DNA from: Lingula anatina
Taxonomy: Eukaryota > Animalia > Brachiopoda
Length of the DNA stretch: 64,000 nt
Assembly: GCA_051362555.1 (NCBI GenBank)
Contig: CM120644.1
Location: 8,626,954-8,690,953 of the forward strand
Direction of reading: 5' to 3'
In this document: positions 54,629 through 64,000 of the stretch, in pieces
Layout: each line of letters begins with the position of its first letter
How positions within the stretch are numbered: position 1 is the first letter of the stretch
Program-made: the position numbers and the translations under genes
The notes under the pieces: model-generated
Database searches by the model: none
Told to the model about the DNA's origin: nothing
What the model saw: the letters and a program-made list of their open reading frames with translations, nothing else

Positions 54629-55804
54629 GATGTCCCTATTCACCAATGAATGTAATTCCGGACAATCTGACCGTATTTGTCCCCGGACATTGACAGAAGA
54701 AAATCTGGCCCAATGACCCCCAGTTACCCCCTTCACTCCAACTATCGCCTTTCAGGTGTCGCAGTTACATCATAATGGTAATGTTCCTCTTTTACCATTT
54801 TCTACAGGTACATCTGACATGTCACATCATTGAGTGTTTTGACCTGCTTAAAGATGCGGATAAGATTTGAATGACGTGAACTCATTATATTTATGTTTTG
54901 AAATCTATAATTGCAAGATCAGTATTGATTGCAGAAACACGACATACTGATCTCTCAATCGATTCCGTAACTTGACATTCACATTTTTCTTTTACATTTC
55001 AACAATAGTTCACCTTTTTTGGCAAATGCACTGACTATTTGATCCTTTTGCGAGTTATCTTTATTATAACGACGTGGTCATTTTTAAATTTCACCAAGTT
55101 GGTTTCACACAGGTGAACTCACGAGCTCAAAATTGCTGGAATAAACACATTTTGAATAGGATTTAAGGGTTTGAATAAACATTGAAATTCTAAGATTAGA
55201 TTGTAAATCACTTGATTCACAGTATGCTAAGGTGAATTTTAGGGAGTGCAGTTTCTCGCAGTCAATATTCGGACATGATTCCAATTCAACTGCGCAGCAT
55301 TTTTCTATTCTAATTATCATGCCTTTCTTTTCTCATGTTTAACTCGCGTGAGTGGCCTCGCTGGTCAGGTTTTCTCTACCGTGACGGTTTGATTTGTAAT
55401 GTCAACAATTCAATAAATAAACTCATTGGTAATAGAATTCATACCGTGGAGGAGCAAATCGAAGTATCGATTTCACCGTTTACATACCAGAATTTTCGCT
55501 TGTATGTCGTTAGAAGCTGGCTTATCCTATATTTACGATCTTAAAAACATACTCTTTACATATATGTATATTATCATTCTTTATTTCTTTTTCTCTGTCA
55601 CGCTCTCTCCCTCTAGATCTGTCACATTCCCACCCACCCAATCACACGCATACGCACACACACACGCACACACACGCGCGCGCGAGCACGCACACACAAA
55701 CACACACACACAATAGTTTGTCCATACTTACGACATTCTACTTTCTTTATTCCAACTATCACTAGGGTGAATATCTGCAAAAGATAAAACACAAGGTCAA
55801 ACAT
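29429..55804 (-). CDS. Predicted polycystin-1-like (PKD1L2/L3-type) receptor-channel fused to a ZU5-ZU5-death-death tail; 40 exons, 7851 nt, about 2616 aa
   Basis: Manually phased GT-AG exons: 55732-55804, 54340-54446, 53677-53869, 53198-53376, 52646-52811, 51839-52020, 51467-51623, 50946-51158, 50493-50578, 50193-50240, 49585-49704, 49085-49166, 48585-48706, 47982-48206, 47222-47702, 46619-46761, 46241-46474, 45848-46018, 45417-45571, 44605-44790, 44115-44259, 42926-43555, 42458-42575, 41976-42208, 41440-41614, 41105-41200, 40351-40932, 39604-40152, 38933-39201, 37944-38269, 37456-37642, 36799-36942, 34932-35117, 34152-34278, 33469-33592, 33311-33381, 30830-31020, 30452-30560, 29948-30187, 29429-29454 (TAG). 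No internal stop; total length divisible by 3. A few boundaries have equivalent alternatives. Confidence 0.7.
31215..31320. mobile_element. Short palindromic MITE, sister of 27836-27940
   Basis: Ends CCCAGCAAATAC / GTGTTTGCTGGG; GGTAACGTTAT repeats. Confidence 0.75.
34437..34549. repeat. Perfect hairpin (49-bp stem, 15-nt loop) between two (TA)n tracts
   Basis: 34437-34485 is the exact reverse complement of 34501-34549. (TA)n at about 34348-34401 and 34542-34609. Confidence 0.92.
35445..36658. mobile_element. Non-autonomous element with near-identical inverted arms of about 260 bp, in the intron between ZU5 exons
   Basis: 35445-35973, minus the nested insert, is the reverse complement of 36399-36658 with few mismatches. 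Confidence 0.9.
35608..35871. mobile_element. hAT-like MITE nested in the left arm of the 35445-36658 element, 5-bp TSD
   Basis: Perfect 13-bp TIR CAGGGCCGTAGCC / GGCTACGGCCCTG. AAGAT duplicated at 35603-07 and 35872-76; the right arm of the host shows the empty site. Confidence 0.9.
39604..55804 (-). CDS. Polycystin-1-like portion: SP-FN3-CUB-CUB-Thr-rich-GAIN/GPS-TM1-PLAT-10 TM polycystin channel
   Basis: Signal peptide MFDLVFYLLQIFTLVIVGIKKVEC; FN3 (IQWSAP, ITGLTPGILYAIDV); CUBs (FTSSNYPQVY..C; LSPDYP..C..FEYEDGYDYV); PPNTIDF before TM1; PLAT (YYRISVLTG, QIWHD, FFFTCGRWL); DDHLWISVF, FSRVQR, LYSLQWGKEKALDWL, IIQPIKV, RLRQVRV, WLDRSTRAVFVEF, EFPVTGG, FILLNMFMSIIND. Confidence 0.93.
45167..45392. 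mobile_element. PIF/Harbinger-like MITE in a PLAT-region intron
   Basis: TAA duplication at 45164-66 and 45393-95; TAGATCGATCTA subterminal motifs; inverted homolog of 8166-8379. Confidence 0.85.
51170..51224. repeat. (ATATT)n pentanucleotide microsatellite just upstream of the acceptor of the Thr-rich exon
   Basis: Read directly. Confidence 0.9.
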
Positions 55805-58800
55805 GTATTGTATTGTTACCTCATTCCTGCAAACGCATTAGGCAAAAAATTTGAGGACATTAATTGTGTATTTATACTGATCTAAAGATATTTTGAGGGA
55901 ATTGGGGAAAGCGGCTACGGAATCATGTCGTCATTTCAAAGTATTGGTTTGCTAAACCCAGCCTGTATCTAAGCTGCCTTGTGCTCTATCGGCAAACAAA
56001 TTACTACTTATTTCGTAACATCTGGATCGAACGACCTAGACATTGAGTGCTTTGGTTACGTAATCATTGATTACTCAGTATAAGCAATGACCTCTCCCCA
56101 TAGACAGTGTGTAGGACCCTGTTATAGGACAAGGAGTTTGCGTTATTGACAAGAAAAATGTGAACCTTTCTTGGTAGTAAAAACAGCGGCGTTACCAAAA
56201 TATGAATAACACATCTATTAACTCGTATATATTAATAAAACTACTGTACAAAGTCGAACAATGACGTGACTAGTTTAAAGATGCATACAAAGTCAATTTT
56301 TTGTCACAAAAACCAACCAAATGCCAGCATATAGTTTCAAGTAGTATAACTAAGAGAATTACCAAAAGGCATTGTTTAATTTTACCCGAAAATGATGTTT
56401 GAACGGATTTTTCTGCTGGCATTCTAAGCTATATGTCAATGGGGCAGGAAAGTAGGTCACGAAAGTAGGTTAAATTTACAACCAAAAATTTAAAGAAAGG
56501 AGCAGTCTAAAGGTCTATTATGGCTGATCGAGTGATCTAGTCAGTTTATCCCTTGGCATGTCGAATTTATTTGAGTTATATAAGAATCACGTAGAAGTGG
56601 TTTACATGTGTTACTGGGAATCCACGCTCCACCGATGCTCGGTTCGTATGTACCTTTAAGGACACAGCAGTAATATTTTAGCTATCATAAATTACGCTGA
56701 ACAATTATACAAAACGTGTGGATAAAAATCAGCCTGGGGAAGGTAGTTAAAACAATCACATGCTATTTGAATGAAAATAACACAATATTTTAGGACCTTT
56801 AACGCGGGATTTTATAATATGAAGGAAATATTATAATTTGAAGAGTGCATCCAAAAATTTAAACAAAGTACTAGTTCAAGCCTAAAGGTAGTACTAGGGC
56901 AGACCGTTTGGGGCATGTGGTCGGGTTATATATCATCATTTTGATTACTGGCCTGTAGATGTATATGCATTATCTTGTCAAATATCATCGAAGCTTTGGA
57001 GCAGCGTTGCGTTCCTTTCAACAAATCTGTATGCGTTAATAATACTAAAGGCCTTTAGAGGGAGAATTATTTCAAGGCATGTAAGCGAGAGAACCTCTTT
57101 CCATTGCTGTATAACCTTAATCTCGGAGACGTTTTTAAATACTAGCTTTATGGCAAATCAAATAAAGTCCAAAAGGGTTATGTATTTTTTCATTAATGAA
57201 AGGGCGTGAACTTAATGGTTTTTGTATCGATTTCTTTAATCTGACGTACCGCCATTGCACAATAAGTGTTGATTTTTTCACCCCTGCATTGAATTGTCAA
57301 ACAAATGCGCAATAAGTGATTTATGATTTTTCTCGGGGCATATGTTCAAGACGTAATATCGGATGGTTTTATTGATCAGAAAAAAAAACCATAAAATTCG
57401 CTTTTGATCCCAACTGAATGTGTAAAACTGACGAATGTTTCACAAACATCCTTTTTTGTGCGAAAATAAAAAAAGATGAGACATAGCAATGAATCGTTCA
57501 GATACCGCAATTGAGGGGTGTTAGTGTAAAGAAAAAAGGTCTGATTTTGGGTGACATAATACACTATCATCCGAGTGATATATGCCGTGACACCTTCAGG
57601 GTCGGCGAGACGTGTTCAAGGCATATATCGCGAGCGGGAGGCAATGTATTGAGCCTCTTTGACAAATATACCGATAGAAAGTCGAAAAACGCCCCTAAAA
57701 ATGAATAAACCGCATGTCACCACTGTCACATATATGTAGCATCTCCATGTATGTATTCAAATCAGCATGGTTTTCTTTTTTATTATTGGTGTGCATAGTC
57801 TTGAATTGTTGGTTTGGGAATTTGCAAAAGAAGATTTTCATTATGTCACTTGTCTTTTGGGTGTTTGTTAGAATACCTGACTATGTATATATTTCCTTGA
57901 TAGTTTATTTATTCATTTGCATGTCTTTGATCTCTTGTTGAACACCGTACTCAACGTTTTTGTTCATGATTGAGACAGGCCTATAAAACCAATTTAAGTA
58001 AAAATATATGCTGTTATACTGCATATCATATCACTAATTGCGGCTATGAAGGATATTGCGAATTCTTGTACTAAAATTTGTAGTAACCGTACTACAATTT
58101 GTAGTAACCGTTTGTTTTGCTTGTATTGCCATATGTGTTGTCGTTACACGAGTATTAAATGTCCAAAACATTGTGTGCACCACAGTGGCCATCTGTCTGT
58201 TTTTCCACACTGTCCGCAAGAACAAATAACGACCTCCACGTTCTGAAAATTTTGTTTCATTACTCTACCTATAGCAACATGCATATAAAGTTCAGGCGTT
58301 TTTCACTTTCCATTCCAAATATCGACAGACGTATCACCATTCCTTTGTGTTTCGATACGGTTCGGGCTGTCACGTAGACTTTGTTTAGCAATTAATGTCA
58401 TCAGATGTTACTTCTCAAGACCTTGTTTGGGTTCCACGCGTTATATTGTTTAAATTGTCGTGATAATAATTGAATCAAATTCGCAGGTGCTCGTGTTTTT
58501 CTATGCTCGGTGATTGCCTTAGCAAGAGAAATGGTTTAAATATAACTGTAGGTACATGTAGCTACACGCATTAAAAGCTAAAACGCGGCGTTATCTATTT
58601 TTAAGCCTCAGCTAGATTTGACTGATATTTTTCCCGAAATATTGACGAAATTTTGTTGATTAGAAACATCAATGTATGTCATAGCTTGGACGATTAAATT
58701 CCATTTAAAATATTTTGCTGGCTATCAAAGTAAAGATAAAAGAAAAGCTACAAATAGCCTTCGTGGAAGCCACCTCAATTCTCAGTTTCAGTGACAATAC

Positions 58801-59786
58801 GTAATGTTGCAAGGCGGACAAAACCGTGCATTTTCAATTGCCATGTGAGCAAGACCACGTGTGTCAATTAATGACTTATTAGATACTATGTAAAAAGAAA
58901 CATGATATTCGGACATATGTACCTTAATGCTGTATTACATGTAGACAGGATGAATACAAAAGCATGATCGATATTTCGACATTTGTACTTCTAAGGATCA
59001 TCTTACTTGGCGTGAAAGGTGGTGCCTTGGTTTTATCAAGGAAAGATAAATAAATGCATGACTTAAAGTCAATGTGACCCAAGGGACGCGTTCCAATGTT
59101 ATTCTATGGATCTTATGTACCAGAATATTTCTTAGAATGTGTTTGATTGTCATTTTATTCTTTTGGAAAAGCTTTATATTTATTTCTATTTTCATCTCAG
59201 TACTTTTTTATTGGTGAGATATTTCCGGGTTAATTTTTTCATTTTGATTGTAATTTGATAAACACTTTGCCTTTTCATTTTCGCTGGGAAAGACATGATT
59301 TTTAGTGGTTTGTGTGGAGAATATTTCACTTTATCCGATGCAGTGGCATCATTTTGGATATTTTCATGCATAAATTATATATTTTAAAACACTATATAAA
59401 TAAGAAAAATAAGCAACAATTAAAAACAAAAAAGTTTTTCTCACGTTGTTTTGACTCGCTCAGAGCAATTTTCCTAATCAGAAAAACAGTTGTGCGGTTG
59501 TGAAACGAACTGTGTTCTTTTTGTCGAGCTTATCAAACATACTTTCTTTCTTGTTGGTACAAAAACATTTATTTGGGATATTTTCCAACAATATTTTTAC
59601 ACATTTACAGCATATGAAAAATAGTTGTTTAACCATGTGCATGACAATTTTTGTGGGACTTAGCCGTAAGGGAGCACAAAAGTACTGCCTGCTGTGGTTT
59701 TAAAACAATAATATTTACATGTAAGTAGTGAAAATATCTTAAACTTAGAAATATACCAATTAATCAGACAATAACCCATATAAAAA

Positions 59787-59846
<60 letters not shown>

Positions 59847-62800
59847 TTTTTAATTATTTTTTTTCAGTTATTAAGAGTTACTTTAGCCCGTAGTATTAGG
59901 TACTATGCGGAAACAAGTTTCATAAACGTTATCCATTTAGTCATAATGTTCGGGGAGTCAAAAACGCAACAGATAAAGCTAATGAGGCTAATAATAATTT
60001 CTCTCATCTTAAAGTTATAATAATTATATCAATAATATCAATATTAACAAAATCGGCAAACATGTACTCTTAATATACACTTCCAATCGTGAAAAAAAGT
60101 TTGGATTTACAAATGTAGCTAAATAGACGAAAAACAAAGAAACTCCATTTACTTTCAGGCCCCACTAATTACTTGATTACCACATTAAAATTATATGAAA
60201 TGAAGGGCAGGGCCAAACTAGAAAATAATAAACTTCTAGACTGAAAAAAAAACATTAATAAAACTATATTTTTGAACAATCTGGTTTTTCCTAGTCAATA
60301 GCACCTGGAGGCAGACCTATTCCGAAGCGAGAGAAAAACATTCGTGTCCTTGCTTTTTGATAACTTACCAGAGAGCACGCGATCGAGCGAAGCACCATAG
60401 TTTGATATTGACTGTCTTTATAGGATCGTCTGGCAATTCAAGCTTTCTGCCGTGAAATCAAAGCACGGAGTATTCGTTTGAAAGCAACTTTAGCTAAGTT
60501 CGCTTGACCTCAAAGCGTGGTTGATTTGGGATCCGTTCTTTAAGATTTTCTGGGTTTATCAGGTGTCTTTCTTACGTGTCTGATGCCTCCTTGTCGCAGT
60601 GAAACTTAAATTTAGCAATCCCAAGAATGGTACTACATCCAGCATTAGTGCATCTATTTCTGTTACAATTTCGGTCAGTATATTTTGCAATTCTATTTCA
60701 GCTTATTTTACGGTATTTGTCCATTTCCAGCCAAACTTTTTGTAACCCTACACATTGCACTCAACCCGTTGATCTGGAAAGGGATTCACCGACAATTCTC
60801 TCGCCTCTCGTGCTTTCGGGTTACCAGTACAGTGACCAACGTAGAACGACTCGAACATCAGTCGATATCTGATCAATCGCCCGCTGAACCGTGAGACGCC
60901 TTAACGGTACGGTAATACTAGTGCCTGTACTACTCCTCCGGCCTGAGGCGCCGAATAAATGTGTTCGTCACATAACGGGAGCTGCAGCTGTTCGTTTCCC
61001 CCGATTGAAGTTTGATTAACTGGACCATGAACAAAAAATCGAACAGGATTGTTAAAGTATTTGATTCACCTTTCTCATTAAGCTAATTTAAAGAAGTCAA
61101 TGTCAATTATATTACATGCCTCATTATTATTTTTACTGATGTTGTCATTTTCTAAAATCCGAGATACATACTTCAATACCTAATAGTAAAATACAGCCGG
61201 TTGACTGGTTATATTCATTAGCTTAATTGATGACATTATTAAAACCTGATAATTAATAAAGCCGGATGACCGATAGTCTTTACAGTTTAAATGCGTATGT
61301 TCAAAAATGAAACAGGGTCTTTGGAAATAATAATAATAATAGTAATAATAATAATGATAATAATAATAATCATTCTAAAGTCCAAATAATGTTCAATATA
61401 CTTTACAATATGAATATGATTTATATGACATAAATAAAAGAAAAGAAGAATTATTGATAATTAAGTCATTTTGACTAAGATAATAATGTAGACTTTAATG
61501 TCCGTTGTTTCATTAAGTCTACTGAAAAGTTATTAAGATTCTAGTTTCATAAAATGTCATTTTTTAAATTATCCCAAGGTATTTTCAAATTCCTTTTTAA
61601 ACGTCATTCACACAAACCTGCGTCCGTGTTTCCTTGTCTCTTCCTAGTTCTTATTTAATCTGATAGACTTAAGTGTGTTGACAATGATGTAATGATGCCT
61701 GCGGTCTAAGATACTCAGGGTTAGTGAAACCCCACGATGAACAGTATTTTTTTTTTTTTATTTTGGTTTTTATAAGACTTTGCTACTTGTTTTTGAACGG
61801 GTCGATTCTCTTTTTGTTTGGACCCGTTTCTTATAACAGAGCACACTCGATTCCTCATTATTTTCTTGTTATTGTAGTTACATTAACGATTGGTATAAAC
61901 AAAATAATCATCCCGTTGCGTCTCCCCTTCCCCTGTCATTCATGCTCGCGCATTAGAGCGAGATTTCATTGTTATGTGATTTCCGATATATTTTGTGCGT
62001 GATTACACAATTTTGTTCAATCGGTTGCGTATCTGCTTGTTTCCTTTTTCATTATTGTTTTTCTACCTGGGTATATGGTCAGCTATTGCACCCTGTGTTT
62101 GAGAGCTTACTGCAAATTAGTCTCAATTATTGATATGCATATGCTGATTTGATGCCCAGATCGACTCGAAGCAAGCCCATTATTTCGGTCTTTGAAATAC
62201 AGGATGTCGTAGTGGCTTTTATCAATTGAAACAAGGCTTCTAGAAAGATCGTGCCAATAAAAAGTGCGTCTTTTTTTTTTTTGTTAATGGCTTGATTGCT
62301 TTGAGATGCAGGTAGCTTTGGATTCTTAAGTATCAAACCGTCTAATGCATTGAACATACTTCCTTTTTTATTATGTTTATATTTTATTGCCCTCTCTGTA
62401 ATAAAGATTCTAGGGCTTCTTTAGACGAAAAACTGAATTGGCTCTCTAGAATCGGCTGTCTAGATCCGAGTTACGTTGTAAAATAAACATACAAGATTTA
62501 TCAATCGAAATTTTAGCTTTCAGTTGATAGCGGGAATGTGTTAGGTGTGACAGGGTATTATAGTGTCCAGTGCGTTAGTTTTGCAAAAGCACCAAGCTCA
62601 GCCGCAAACGTGGCAAATAAGAACCTCGAGAGGATTTAAAGTAATAATGAAAGCCGTGGATGATAGAAAATTGAATAAGAGATGACGAGACTGATCTAGG
62701 AAAAGATGGACCCTATTTTACTATATTATTGCATCGAAAATATTAACCGAAGTAGCGACTTTTTTTTCTTTTTGCTCAACCACGGCAACTTTGAAGATAA

Positions 62801-64000
62801 ATTATTTTTCCTGGTCACATACTGGTGTTCAGTTTTATTGCTCGTGTTAAAACAAATGCGTTTCCTTTTTATATCTTTCGCTAAAAGTTTCCAAAACTTT
62901 GACACATCACGGATTGATAGAATTTAGGACCCTTTAGCTGTAGGTTACGATATAGCAATTCAATCTTTTTATTGGGATATGTTTAAAGAGAAAACCCTCA
63001 ATTAAATTTAACCCAGGTACCTAAACTTTCAAGATACAAGATAACGTTCAATTTACAGTATTTTATTACTGTTACTGTTACTACATGTGAACTACCCTTA
63101 AACAGAATTATTTTGGGAATTTCAATTTAGTTTCCACTCCTCTTTAATGCTTTCTTCGGTCACTAGAATCTGGTTTCTTAGCTTAGATTACACTTATCTG
63201 ACATTTATTCATTGCAGGTTCACATACGGAGCGCATACAGACCCCCCTCCCCCCCGAACTCGTGACAAAAATAGAGGTCTTAACTGCCAATTAAACACAA
63301 ACTCTTAGTAGCACAAGGGGCAAAAACAAAGAACACTCTTCAAGCTAGATTTCTCTAAAAGGAATGACTAAAAAAGCATTTGCCACTACAAATGGAATTA
63401 CAAACGTTACCGACCGATATCTAACTTAAAAACGCGCTAAAGACACGTCCAAGGACATGTCAGCTGAAATGTTTTGTTGCCGTTTAAATAATTCAGGATG
63501 ATTAGCTTCGATAAAAAAGAGCGTTATGAGCACACATTGCCCGTCCATTGGCGATTGAATAAATATTATAGTCGATAGCATACTTCGACCTTCCCCTGTA
63601 GGGGTGATAAATATTTCCGTAACCATAAAAGAAATCGTCGGAACACATCGAAAAAACGATAATTGGCATACTTTTGGTTCGATAGGTATTACGAGACAAA
63701 TAATGGTTTCAAGTTTATACCAACAAAATGACAAAAAAATTTTGTGTTGAATTATTTATCGGACAAAATGAAAACAATGAGTTCGATAATGAAGTGTGAT
63801 GCTACCTATTCCAATCCGGACTGTCCAAAACCTTGACCTTAACACCGATATACATAGAATAAGCAAAATAATGTAATAAATTGAATATTGAAAAATATCT
63901 GTTATGATATTCCTTTTTAATGATAGAAGAACATTCTCAAAATACCAATGCAATCTCCAGGTTCCATGATACGAACTAATATATATAAGAATCTACTCAT

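Noticed and set aside
55805-64000. Short ORFs and a modestly GC-richer patch near 60300-61000
   Set aside because: No recognisable protein motif, RNA gene or phase-consistent exon chain; treated as upstream or intergenic sequence.

Overview
AT-rich, intron-rich animal genomic DNA, probably a marine invertebrate such as a mollusc (inferred from gene families and repeat types only). Three protein-coding loci can be rebuilt by hand from GT-AG exons with consistent phases. (1) The 3' part of AAAS (aladin nucleoporin), + strand, 2122-6942. (2) A divergent opsin-type GPCR, + strand, 23907-27307, which keeps the retinal-binding Lys but has altered signalling motifs; its first exon is uncertain. (3) A 40-exon minus-strand gene, 55804->29429, about 2616 aa: signal peptide-FN3-CUB-CUB-Thr-rich stalk-GAIN/GPS-TM1-PLAT-polycystin channel domain, which splices in frame into a helical linker-ZU5-ZU5-death domain-death domain tail (DTHD1/PIDD/UNC5/ankyrin-like). 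This apparent polycystin-death domain fusion receptor is the main finding. The rest is repeats: a 161-bp satellite, a decayed Gypsy pol, a THAP remnant, many MITEs (some nested or duplicated) and microsatellites. All gene models are manual and have no transcript support.
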